Shown here: positions 50,350 to 62,521 of the stretch, piece after piece
Layout of the letters: each line of letters starts with the position of its first letter
Position numbering within the stretch: the stretch's first letter is position 1
Source: Ostrea edulis
Lineage: Eukaryota
DNA length: 64,000 bases
Reading direction: 5' to 3'
NCBI RefSeq assembly: GCF_947568905.1
Contig: NC_079168.1
Location: forward strand, 78,864,001-78,928,000
Notes under the pieces: model-generated
Seen by the model: only the letters and a program-made list of their open reading frames with translations
What the model was told of the DNA's origin: nothing
Databases searched by the model: none
Made by a program: the position numbers and the translations under genes

Positions 50350-51678
50350 AAGAAAATTGTCAAGAATTATGTCATTCATATAGAGACGTACTTGTAGTAT
50401 ATAAAAAGTGACGTGGGTCTTTGCCAACAAGATTAAATCTGATACAAGAACAAGGGATAATTGTTTCTGTATGGTCAAAGTGATATGATTTTTTAGAAAT
50501 GAAACTATGAGTATTTTAACACGGGAAAGTTATATACTGAGAGGCCCAGAGTTACAGAATCAAGGAACAAGACGTGTCAACGTCCAGGGAAAAAATGAAA
50601 TTATTGAAACGTCGAACAACCACAATTCAAAATGTCTTTATCATTTTATGATAAAATCGCCACAATTTCAAAGATGAAAACATTGAAAGTGCAACAACTT
50701 TTCCTCTTTGAAACAAGGTAGAAAATGGAGACGGAAACCGTCCTTGAAGATGCAACACTCCTTAAATCAATGTTGGAAATACAACATTTTGAATTAAACT
50801 AGCAGAATTATTTAAAGTTTTAACAATTAAAAATCGACGTTGGATAGACAAATATTGATAGTTCAACGTTAAGTCGTTGTTGACACTCACAATTCAAAGT
50901 AGAAACGACATAGTATCAATGTTAATTCAACATAACGTTGATTAATTCCACGTGAGAATTTCCCAATCTTATTAAACCAACCAAGGTCTCAACGTTAAAT
51001 CAATGATGCAGCATTCCTCGTGTTGAAGTACGCGATACATTGATAAAATCATTTAGTTGAGGAAACAATAACCATCTATCTTAGACTATCTATCAATATA
51101 AAGTACACTATAAGTGGATCACCCCAGTCCATGGGTTGAAATAACCATCTGTAAGCTAGATTCGCCTAGCATTGCCTGATGAGCGCACTAGACCACTCGA
51201 CCATCTAGGCAAGTGTTTTATATACGTTCAAGACAACAAAAGGGAATAAATTTGCTCTTTTATTTACATAACTATCAAGCGAGACGCTACATGTACAAAT
51301 ACAAATTCTTAAACTATGTGACACTCTTAAAAACATAAACTTATTCAGGTTTGTCTTCGAAGTACATGTAAAAATTCTGTAATGGGTATTTAAAATGATA
51401 ATGACCGTTTCCTCGTTGAAGCTTAACGAAGTTCACCCTCGTAAGATTGATTCGACATCACAGTTGTACCTCTCGTTCGATAATAAACCCATAGAAATGT
51501 TGTAGGTATTCAACAGTTTGATATCAACTTCTAGGATGAAAAGACATGCTTTCACAAAAACGCATTCTTCGTAGCGAGTTTCCACAGCATAATTATTATA
51601 CATAGATAGAAAATTATTCCTTTCATAGGCATCCATCTCTTATATGATTTGAAGTCTCGTTCAGTGTTACAAAATTAT

Positions 51679-54600
51679 TTAGTAACCACGCCTCAGTACA
51701 GCACCAAGTCGACTTCTTTTGGGGCTCAAGGACAAACGTCTTCGTGCAACATACTGCTTCCGGTAAGGCCGCGCGTTTGAGGCAAGGACAATCTTGTAAG
51801 TTGGTGAACGGGGGACTGCATTTATGTATACTCGCCGATCAATACTGACACGAGCTGGAGGGACATTGACGTATGATGGCGCTGTCTGCAGTGGCTGACC
51901 TTGTGTCAACAGAAAGACGTTGTCGTCATCCTCTGCGGCATACCCAATAATGCCACATCCGGGACAGTTCAAGATCTGACATTTCACCATGGCAACAAGG
52001 ACGCAGAGGAGCACCAAGACGAAATCCACATCCTGGAAAAAATGTCAAATATGAATGAATATTGTCGCATAATTTTCATAGTAAGCTTGCTATCCTGGAA
52101 ACAATTTTCGTAAAGAAAAAAAATTGCTCAAAGAATTGCATTTATAAATATGTTGTCAATAATAACATTTTTCGATAAAAGCACTGACTGTTCAACTCCA
52201 TATAAATATCTGTTATTTACAAGGTATGAATATACATGTATATAAAGAATTATGTTGTTTGTATTATGTGGGGGAATATAAACAACGGGAACGGGAGGGG
52301 ATGATTTCTGCATATATCTGTAATTATATATTCTACATGCATGTGATTATAAATCTTACATGTTCTCATATATCCTATATATATTTTAATACAAACAATT
52401 TAAGACATTCGTTCTTTAGACAATACTCACGTTCTAAAATAAGGATCATACAGATACTTGACCCCCTCTTCGCATTCATTCTGCTTTATATTAAAGGACA
52501 CAACGCATGTTTCTAAACTTTTTCATTTTTTCAGCAAAATTAATTCTTTTTATGCCTAAAACTACTTTAAATGTGTTTTAAATGAAATATTTTGCGTAGT
52601 TTTCGAGTTTGAAAGCGATGAAATTCAAATCTTGCGATATGCATATTTTTTTCCCCCGCTAGTTTACGCGCCATTATGTGTGACGTCATATGCGCCCTCG
52701 GGTTTGAAAACATCTATTAGCCATTTCATAAACAGATTAGATTTAATCGACAAAAAACCAATTATTACGTTAACAGATTGTAAATGATAATGCACTAAGA
52801 TATTTTGTGCCGTGCTCGGGTGTACTAGTTGTCGGTAGAAAGGATTTAGACTGAGTATTTTCCAATTTTTCGAAGGAAGGTACGAGAAAAAACACGTGAA
52901 TAATTTTTTTGTTGGAGCAAGAACTTTACCTTAAAGAACACACCCAGTCACCTTTTCAAAAACCGCTTGGACAGAGACCCAGATAAACTGCGAGAAAATG
53001 GATATATCGAAGCTATAAGCACTGGTAGGCCTATAGCATACATTCTGTTTTGCTCTTCAAATTCAATACACACTCGGATCAACTGACCTTCACCTTGTAA
53101 CAATATATATCGACATTAAAGATACAAAATAATTGAACTTTTAATTATACAAATAATAGAATATTGTATTCCCTAACTTTAAATTGAATTATAAAATTAT
53201 TTCCGTATTGAACTCGTAGCATCTTGAGTGCGTCAGTATAACGCCGTGCTCCCACTTTGTATATTCCTAAAGACGTGCAGATCACAATTCAAAAATAGTA
53301 ATAAGATTGCTTTATCAAAATAAAATAATGTGATTACCACTTTAAATTTGATTATTTTTATTGATTTGCATGTGTGTTGTCTTTTTCTTTCTTTCCGAAA
53401 TGCACTCGTGACAATAGCTTGGCATAGGGCCTAGTTGTCAACAAATTAACGTATCATAATTTGTCTAATCCAAAAATAAATAATGATTGCACTGTTTACT
53501 TTAGAGAAACAGCGCCAATTACAGATGTATAAAGGAATAATATCACCAAACAGTTTATAGACAGCGACCCATATAAACATTTACTCACAATATTGCCGAT
53601 TTCATACACGCTTTACTCGCTATATTTGGGTATTTACATCGTTATATGTGTGCATTGGTGGCGAAAACATATAAAACTCGGAAAATTTGTTAACATCGAT
53701 TTAAATGTTACCCATGATAAATAAATTAGGCCCCTAAAAGTTGAGTTTTTAATAATATTTCGCAGTACTTTCACAATCCGAAGGGTGCATGTGACGTCAC
53801 TGTACCACGTGACTACCTACCTAATTAACTAGACTTTTTGAAATCGGGGCTTAGATTTAAGTCTGTATTGTGGTTAATTATCGCAAAATTTCGGCGAACG
53901 AACTATTAGAATTAATTACTATAAGCATAAAGAAGACGAAATGCATGTAATGTTGTATACTTTGAAAACATGAGATGTGTTCTTTAAGGAAAATGTGAAC
54001 CTAATATAGAAAGAAAAAAGTTTTTAAAAAATTACACGGTAACTTAATGACATGGTTGTCTAGCAACACATCAAATACAGTATAGTAATTCTTTTGAAAT
54101 AACACACAAACAGAACGACACTTTGGTATCGTTATAAACTGCTCGTGTACATGTATATTCCACCTTTTAAGAAAGAGGAAATGACACCATTTTATAGTCC
54201 ATGGGTTTTTATTTTCATTAGCAGCGGACATATTCCTTGGTAATAAAGCATAATTTGTCATATTTTGGAATTAACGATAATTCATTGACATTTTATATGT
54301 AGCTTTTGAAAGAATTGCATATCTTGTTGTTTTCGGTGTAAACTGAAGTGGATCATTTTATACTAGCACTTTAATTTACCTAGCAACTAATTATCCCCTA
54401 GGCAACGAAATATTTTACAGCACATCTTCACCTATTTGATAGTTTGTTAAGTAACGGTCAAATTAAACATACGAATGATTTCCATCAAAAGTCGTGTTTA
54501 GTACCTTTTGATACTAGCGACACTGTGAGAAAGTAAATAAACATGCACAATGCATGTATCTATTTCCTGTCCGTGCTACTGTAGACCATGCTAACAAGCA

Positions 54601-54941
54601 CCAACACTGTGATTAACGTCATAATGTGGTACGTTGGCGCCAATGTTAAATTTTCACAAACACACTGGGATTTTTTAAAGAAAAAAAATCCGTTATATTT
54701 AACAATTTCTGGAGCTCATTAGAGTCAAATAAATTTAGATTTACTTGAAAAGTTGGGAACCAAAGATCATTTGACGTTTGGAACACGGCAAATTTTGCAA
54801 AATTGTAGTAAATGCACGAAACCAAATACGGCCCTCATCCCACCGTATTCCAATGTTAATCATTATCCCTGTCCTGCAAGGTGACGCGGGTGTAGGCAAG
54901 ACATATCTCAAATAACTTACCTTTGTAAATAAAGCAGCCAT
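51679..54941 (-). CDS. Small secreted basic protein, about 124 aa; exons 54941-54921 (MAALFTK) and 52032-51679 (cluster gene C)
   Basis: Phase-0 intron AAG|gtaagt...ttccag|GAT gives signal MAALFTKDVDFVLVLLCVLVAMVKC. CPGC, EDDD and the tail KRSRLGAVLRRGY follow. Confidence 0.8.
52495..53983. mobile_element. About 1.5-kb TTAA-flanked TIR element (Kolobok-like) in the intron of gene C
   Basis: ttaa|aggacacaacgcatgtttc ... gaaaacatgagatgtgttct|ttaa. Confidence 0.7.
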
Positions 54942-54991
54942 TTTTTCATACAGTCTCTTGCAAAGTTGTGCGAGGTTTCAACGGTTGTTGT

Positions 54992-54999
54992 CTTATATA
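54992..54999 (-). promoter_or_regulatory. TATA box of gene C
   Basis: Minus-strand TATATAAG about 50 nt upstream of the ATG at 54941. Confidence 0.6.
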
Positions 55000-56376
55000 C
55001 AACTTTAAGCAATCAATTATTATATGTGAAGTATTAATAAAAAAAATTCTGAAGTACGACCGTTGACTGGGAGGGCCTTGATTATTCCACTAGAGGACAA
55101 TATACACGTTCATCTCATAACAAACATAAATGCTTATATTACTGATATTTGTTTTGATTATATGCTTTCTATCTTCTATTTTTGTAATAAGGCGATAAAA
55201 TGGCCCCCGTAAGTACCGACTGCGATTGACATATTTTTGTATTTTGTGGCCATAACACTTTCCCAGTCTTTTTACACGATATTTACACGTCAATTTTGCA
55301 CTGCGTTGGTATCTATTATTTTTTGTGGGCATTACTTGTGGTGTTATTTGAAAGTCAAGCGCAATGGTCATTCGAAACCAGATTCCGTCTCTATTTCGTT
55401 TGGTAACTGTGCCAAATTCCACTCAAAGATCTAACACTGAAAAGTGAATTTTCCATCTAGATGTTATTAAATTCTGATGTTTAAATGATTGTACCGGTTA
55501 TAAGAAATTACAAGGAAAAATGGAGGACGCCCTCTAAGCTTACACACTTTACATATTGACAATGACCTTAACAAGGATCACCCCCCTGATATAGCTTTAT
55601 TGAATCTGGAATGACACCCTTTCTGGTCATGCGCGATGTTTTTCAATTATATACTAGTATATATATCCAGGTACAATTCACTTGCTTCCTATCATCTTCA
55701 AAATATCGGGGTATATTTCCAGCTCTGATTTTAGAATGAGCATATTTTGATGTTACAATACAAAATGTGTATATGTTAAGGAAATCATACAAACTCTTAA
55801 TGTCGGAAAAAATGACAGAAACGTCGCGGATCCATGACCTTTTAATTACGGAGCGACACTATCCAGAAACGTTTAACAAACTCATTTCAGGTCAATATAT
55901 ACATAATGATATAAAATAAACTAGACCCCACCTTGTAGATATTCACCAATATTAATTTATTTATGAGATAACAGTGATAATATTCATCAATATTAATTTA
56001 TCTATGAGATAATAATAATAATCAACAATATTAATTTATTTATGAGATCTTTCACCAAGATCTGCATTTAAAAATAACCTGTCAGAATGTTTTGGTCAAA
56101 TAGACAGTATATAAAAAAGGACATTTTTTAAATATGGAATACATGTAAAGTATTAAGTAACATGTACTAGCATGAATCATGATCAGAGGTGATGCTATTG
56201 GAGACCGCTGGATGGTATGAAAATGAAAATACAGGCTTAAACCACCCTCGTATCATGTGATAGTATTTACTACATTGAGGTTTTCTCAAGGTGTTACTCT
56301 TACAAATTTCCATCCATATAAACTATGCCAATAGAATGTTTCGTAACATTTACAGTTCCATGATTTATTTCATTTG

Positions 56377-56542
56377 CAGAAATTCCTGTTTAATAAAATT
56401 TTACAGAGTGATTATCAGAAATTCCTGATTAATAAAATTTTACAGAGTGATTATCAGAAATTCCTGATTAATAAAATTTTACAGAGTGATTATCAGAAAT
56501 TCCTGTTTAATAAAATTTTACAGAGTGATTATCAGAAATTCT
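56377..56542. repeat. Tandem array, 39-bp unit, about 4 copies
   Basis: cagaaattcctgattaataaaattttacagagtgattat at 56377, 56416, 56455 and 56494. Confidence 0.95.
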
Positions 56543-56646
56543 ATTTGATTTTCGAAGTTAGGTGTGTTGCTAAAAATGTCCTTTCTAGGGTTAACTTTTA
56601 AATTAATATTTCTGAAGAAGGCTGAATGTAAAGTTAAAGGCGACAG

Positions 56647-56776
56647 NNNNNNNNNNNNNNNNNNNNNNNNNNNNNNNNNNNNNNNNNNNNNNNNNNNNNN
56701 NNNNNNNNNNNNNNNNNNNNNNNNNNNNNNNNNNNNNNNNNNNNNNNNNNNNNNNNNNNNNNNNNNNNNNNNNNNT
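56647..56776. other. Assembly gap (130 N)
   Basis: Run of n. Confidence 1.
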
Positions 56777-57935
56777 TTTTTCGGGAATGCTTCACACATT
56801 TTGAGAACCAGTAGGCGGCAGAGTTGGAGAAAAGCAACTCTGTCTACAGATCTACACAATACAATGTATTCTTATACAATTTGTTTCAGTAAACAAAAGT
56901 AATAAAAAAAATGTTTCCACTTCAAAAGCAAAAAAAGAAAGAAAGAAAAGAAAGAAAGAGAGAATAGGACAGTGTATGAACAGACTGAGTGTGATCAATA
57001 AACCTCAGGTTACAGAACACGTGGACCTCGTTATGCAAGTATGTCGATCACGTGCTGGACCAGCTGACGGTTTGACATTGTTATCGTTCTGACCACTATT
57101 GTACATAATTATTTGTGTAATAGGGAAACTCACTGGACATGATTCATATTCAAGGAAAATTGTGACAATGTCTGTAAATGAAAGTTAAGAAACGGATGTT
57201 CTTACTTTGGAATTCTATTTTTACGTAATGAATTTAATCTCTGTCCCATTTAGAATATCCTGTCTGGCATGCCCTCCGTTGATGTTAAAAGAAAAAAAGA
57301 TTTCAAGAATTATTTCTAATTAGAAAATTCGTTCCTGGAAATTGGAGCATTTTGGATATACAGTTAATTAGAAACTAGAGTACTAAAATTTTCATTCCTA
57401 TGACATGTTGTGGCGGGTTGGAAGCTGAGCCAGTTATTGATTAATGTGCACTAGCAATAGGGATTAGCATTCTACGTAAAACACGAAAGCTAAATAGTTT
57501 CTAAATATACAAATTGAACTACATTGACTACATTTACATTTTTCTTAAAAGTCGACAAAGTAATTTAAATTGTAAAACAACATCACAACCTTATTGCAGA
57601 ATAAATCATCAGGTAAAAGAGCAATACACGTGTACGTTTCTGTAGATGTACCTACATATAGTCAACAGAAGGGAATCTCGACATCATATTCAGATATATG
57701 CATGCTACTTTCCAACACAAGTAGACAAACAAACCAAATGCCGGCTGTATACAAAGTCTTTGGGACTACATTTACACTCAACCAGAAATATATCCTCTAA
57801 CTGTTGTCTTTGAAACTCTCACTTATATGCAAATCAGCAACTTGTTATACTATCAGTGGGCGGAGACTATGAAATATCATGTATATTTCAATTTCTATTT
57901 ATACATCAATGTATGTTATATTCACAGTACTTTTT

Positions 57936-58036
57936 TTCGTTTGTATGGAATTTATTGTACAGCGGGGTGTGGCAGTCGAGTCGCGCAGCAACGAGATTGT
58001 CACACCCCTCTGTATAATAAATTCCATACAAACGAA
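57936..58036. repeat. Palindrome with about 42-bp arms
   Basis: ttcgtttgtatggaatttattgtacagcggggtgtg...cacacccctctgtataataaattccatacaaacgaa. Confidence 0.85.
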
Positions 58037-58450
58037 AGAATCTCCCGATGTCTTGTGGCATGAATATTCATAATTGCACGCAACGTGGCGTCTTAAGTCT
58101 GCTGTTGTCAAACATTGGACATGGAGATCGATGGCATTGACTTTTTAGAGTTTCAAAATGACTTGGATGACATTACATTATCTCAAATATGCATGGATTA
58201 AAAGCGCGGAGGGGGGATTTGGCACAATATAAGTATTTCGCAGACTTTAGATACATTCAATTAAGATGTACTCTTGCAATTGAAAAGCATCACAAAAGTC
58301 GGCCCGTTCACGAAGCAAGGCTTTAGAGGTAATATGTATGTGAAAGAAAATAGTCATGCATCTATATTGAAGTATGTTAATTGAAGGTATCAATTTTACT
58401 TCATTTATTTATATCTTGTATTTCTTATGTTTTCATCATTGAATAAATGT

Positions 58451-58921
58451 CACAGGTGCTTGTGGACAGGACTTCCGGTACCCCCCTTCTTTTATTTTTA
58501 AATGTTCAATTCCTTGGGTATTTCGGACGTATTTTTGATAAAATATGTAACTTCAGAGTTTATATATTTCAATGGAATACACAAATCTCGCATAGAAACC
58601 GTTTTTAAAAATGCCATATCACCGATCATAATATATGAACAAGGTGTGCAACTCAGCCAGCGACATGTTGAACAAATCTACACCTCGCTGAGAAATCCTA
58701 TCGAAAAAACACTAATACTGCATATACCAACTGAAATATATTATGATCGGTGATATGACATTTTTAAAATCGGTTTCTATGCGAGATTTGTGTATTCCAT
58801 TGAAATAGATAAACTCTGAAGTTACATATTTTATCAAAAATACGTCCGAAATACCCAAGGAATTGAACATTTAAAAATAAAAGAAGGGGGGTACCGGAAG
58901 TCCTGTCCACAAGCACCTGTG
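58451..58921. mobile_element. MITE with about 180-bp near-perfect TIRs and 8-bp TSD
   Basis: cacaggtgcttgtggacagg... / ...cctgtccacaagcacctgtg, with ataaatgt on both flanks (58443-58450, 58922-58929). Confidence 0.92.
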
Positions 58922-59102
58922 ATAAATGTTACAAAATTGTTGCTTTTCTATGTACATAGTTTGGAAGTGTTTGGTACGGTTGCGTGGAAGTTATTACACA
59001 GCTATGCTCCGCTTCAAAGAAGTTATTGCACAGCTAAGCTCCACCCCAAAGAACTTATTGTATGTTAGAATTCTGTCTGGAAAAAAAAAGTGCCGCGCCA
59101 TG

Positions 59103-59124
59103 ACACACACACACACACACACAC

Positions 59125-59178
<54 letters not shown>
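59103..59178. repeat. (CA)n(TA)n microsatellite
   Basis: Direct reading. Confidence 0.95.
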
Positions 59179-59181
<3 letters not shown>

Positions 59182-59842
59182 GATCAACTCTTTGGACGAA
59201 TAAGGCATGTCCTAATTCGCTCCGCTTTTAACATTGACTGGCAAACCTAAAAACCAAAAAAACATGTAGTCTGCGTTGTAAAAGTGTAGTTGTAGTGCTA
59301 GATGTATTTATATGTAGTTTTTGTTATTATTCTCTGTTGATATTGGCCACATTATGTAATTCTTTTCCTTTGTCCTGAGGAACGGACGGGTCGTCCGGAA
59401 AATTTGACAATCTGGTTGTTCGTGTCGTTGGTCATTTTAGTGCTTTGTATATTTATATATACATATATACATCATATAGGAATATAAGGAATCCCTGTCT
59501 AGTTTGTTGGGTATAGGAGGTGATTAACTACAAAGAAACCTGATAATTTGCATAACGGCGATTAGCCTTTATCATCCACGGCATAACTTATCACTTACTC
59601 ACGTGTGAGGTGATTATATATAAAGGAAATACATGATAATTCATGCATAACGAATCGTCACGTTTTCTATCGTTCATAGTTAATCACCCCACATGCTTTT
59701 ATCAGTACCTAGACAGTGATTCCTTATAGCAATTAATTTTCTCGTTATACCAAGTTAATTTCATCGTTATAACGAGTTAAATATCGTTATATCGAAACAT
59801 TAGCTCTATTATAATGAAATTCAAATCGTTTAATATAGGATT

Positions 59843-59989
59843 AAACATTCTTTTTGAAGAATTTATCGATGTGTAAACTCCTGACATTTTACTCACGAAC
59901 TGAATAAAAGCGCGAAGCACTTTTATGTTAAGTTTGTGAGTAAAATGTCCGGAGTTTACACATCGATAAATTCTTCAAAAAGAATGTTT
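59843..59989. repeat. Palindrome with about 58-bp arms
   Basis: aaacattctttttgaagaatttatcgatgtgtaaactcc...ggagtttacacatcgataaattcttcaaaaagaatgttt. Confidence 0.9.
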
Positions 59990-60855
59990 GATTCTTATAA
60001 TTCCAATTCATTCACTTTATTAAAAATTGCAAAAATTTGAATAGTTTCCCCGCACTATGTTATTTGTTTTCAGGCGTGTATGAATACATCGCGTTCTCGG
60101 ATATATTGATGTATAAACTCTTGTTCAGCTTTATTTTTGTCCAATCAAAACAATTGTAATAAATAACATTGGAATTATACTACAATACAAAGTCGTTATA
60201 TAGAGTGAGACCCTATATTGTACGTCGTTACGAAATACTACGTCTAATAAGTTATAAAGATCGAGACACTTTAAAGTCGTTATAATGAAATACTAAGTCG
60301 TTATGACGGAATATTATGTCGTAATACTAAGTCATTATAAGATGCTATATGCGACATGGCTATATTCATATCTTACTCAATACTATTAGGCGTTTGTATT
60401 CCCGCCGACTGAATTAAATACAAATTTAAATAACTGTCTAGAATTATGCAAAAAAAGTTTATTGAATAAATAAAAACAAAATGTACAAAACACAAAACTG
60501 CCTAGAGCACCAAGAAATCCCCCATTCTTAACGTATATTCTCGTCCAGAGTTCTCGGCCAAGTCTGCTTACTTGGAGATTTGCTATGGACAGCTTCACTG
60601 CAATAATCTATCAAAATCAAAAAATATAGCTAAAGAGAATCATTCAAGTTAAAAAGTAATCCAACAAAATAAGGATCAAATAACCTTGCCTATCTATCCA
60701 TGAAGCTTAACCTATCATGGCAAAAAGTTCACAATTGTATCAAATATTTTTTTTTAAGTTTTAGCAATGTTACATAAATTGATATATGTCGTAATGATAA
60801 AGAGGTATTGATTATGCATAATAACTGGTGATATTATTGTACATTACCTGTTAAT

Positions 60856-62214
60856 TTAGTATCCTGAGCTAATTCGTCTAACTGGTCTGATTGGCATATT
60901 TCTTGGGTAATTTGAAACTCTACCATGTGACCTTGGAAAGTATGGCATTGGTCTTGGCATTCCAAATCTTGGGTACGGTCTTTTCATCGGTAAGATGCTT
61001 GGTCGTCTGCGTTTGTATATTGGACTTCCTTTTCCAAATCGGGGTTGGTATGATTTTCCGAAACTTGGAGCATAGCCCATGGATCTTCCTTTACCGAATC
61101 CTCTGCCAATATTACCCCCGAGTCCCAGACCTCCACCAATTCCCAGCCCACCACCAATACCCTTTCCTCCGATTCTTCGGCCACCGATGATTCCCTTTCC
61201 GCCTCCGATTCTGCGAGGTCCTCCTCCAATTCCAATTCCCTTTCCTCGAGAACCCCAGCCACGACCACCTCCAAACCCTTTACCAAATTTTCTGTTTTGT
61301 CCAAAGCCTCTGTTGTTACTGATAATAGGACCTAGTGATCCACCAAATTTCCCGCCTCCGACTCCTATACCAAAATCTTTGTTTTGCCCAAAGACACCAC
61401 CGCCAACCATGGGACCACCAGCTATTCCTCCTTGGAAACCAATTCCTCCATCAAATCCTCCAACTGAGGGTCCTCCAATCATACTCCCCTTTCCTCCGTC
61501 AAATCCTCCAACTGAGGGTCCTCCAATCATACTCCCCTTTCCTCCGTCAAATCCTCCAGAAAAGCTTCCTTTTCCTCCGTCAAATCCTCCAGAAAAGCTT
61601 CCTTTTCCTCCATCAAATCCTCCAGAAAAGCTTCCTTTTCCTCCGTCGAATCCTCCAGAAAAGCTTCCTTTTCCTCCATCAAATCCTCCAATGAAACCAC
61701 CTCCACCGCCAAAGTTTCTTCCGACGGCCGCCCCACCAATAATTCCTCCCTTTCCTTCATCAAAACTGCCTCCTGCTCCGAGAAAAGATCCATCAATGCC
61801 CGAGTTCACATCGAAACCAGGTTCAAAACCACCGCCTGCGCCCAGATTGGCATCCAGACCAATGTTAGAGTCAAGACTAAGCCCTCTAGTGGCAAATGCG
61901 ACACCGCTCAGATCGTTCTGGAATCCATTATCGAATCCGTTATCAGCCAATCCGACATCCGTACCGGGAAAATCGTTGACTACTCCCCCGTCAAATCCGA
62001 ATTCAAGTTTTGGTTCCACAAAATTGTTGAGTCCCTGTCCGAACCCGACATTTGGAGCTTGATCGAACCCAATGGAGTTGATAAATCCTCCCCTGCCGCC
62101 CCCTCCGCCCAGACTTCCGCTGTTCCCGAAGGAATCACATCCCAGGTCCCCGGGGTTACAGGGCTGGAGTCCGTAACAATAGGCGGCGCTCAGGAGAATC
62201 AGTACAACCTTCAT
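60856..62214 (-). CDS. Secreted Gly-rich repeat protein, about 452 aa (shematrin-like composition; cluster gene D)
   Basis: Acceptor tgttgtttag|G ATG at 62214, so the listed upstream Met is probably intronic. Signal MKVVLILLSAAYCYG, CNPGDLGC, GGFDGGKGS repeats, and tail PIRPVRRISSGY. Confidence 0.9.
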   Translation of the reverse strand: MKVVLILLSAAYCYGLQPCNPGDLGCDSFGNSGSLGGGGGRGGFINSIGFDQAPNVGFGQGLNNFVEPKLEFGFDGGVVNDFPGTDVGLADNGFDNGFQNDLSGVAFATRGLSLDSNIGLDANLGAGGGFEPGFDVNSGIDGSFLGAGGSFDEGKGGIIGGAAVGRNFGGGGGFIGGFDGGKGSFSGGFDGGKGSFSGGFDGGKGSFSGGFDGGKGSFSGGFDGGKGSMIGGPSVGGFDGGKGSMIGGPSVGGFDGGIGFQGGIAGGPMVGGGVFGQNKDFGIGVGGGKFGGSLGPIISNNRGFGQNRKFGKGFGGGRGWGSRGKGIGIGGGPRRIGGGKGIIGGRRIGGKGIGGGLGIGGGLGLGGNIGRGFGKGRSMGYAPSFGKSYQPRFGKGSPIYKRRRPSILPMKRPYPRFGMPRPMPYFPRSHGRVSNYPRNMPIRPVRRISSGY

Positions 62215-62521
62215 CCTAAACAACAGCAGAAATTTATCAGCTCTTCTAGTGCTCATTTAAAAACGTAACTCTGAATGCAAGATAAAAATTCGGGGCAAAG
62301 ACTTCAGATTTTTTGGGGGCTAGAAACAGTTTGATGTTACCATCATCAAACAAAGTTGTTGGGTTTTTTTTTTCCCCGGCTATACAAATATACTTGTCTT
62401 GCCAAATAATTATCATGTATAACAAGGCAAAAATATCGTTCTTTGTGAATAATTACTAAGTTGTTTTTTTTTTATCTGATAAGACAGGCCAATAATGGAT
62501 GAATAGCACGTCCTCGCTTAC

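Noticed and set aside
56374-56902. ORFs around the N gap
   Set aside because: Artefacts of the 39-bp repeat and undefined bases.
61079-62062. 327-aa Pro-rich plus-strand ORF
   Set aside because: It is the antisense shadow of the GGA/GGT-rich gene D.
62215-62256. N-terminal extension MSTRRADKFLLLFR of gene D
   Set aside because: It lies in a predicted intron with a good acceptor immediately before the MKVVL start. The signal peptide fits the downstream Met.
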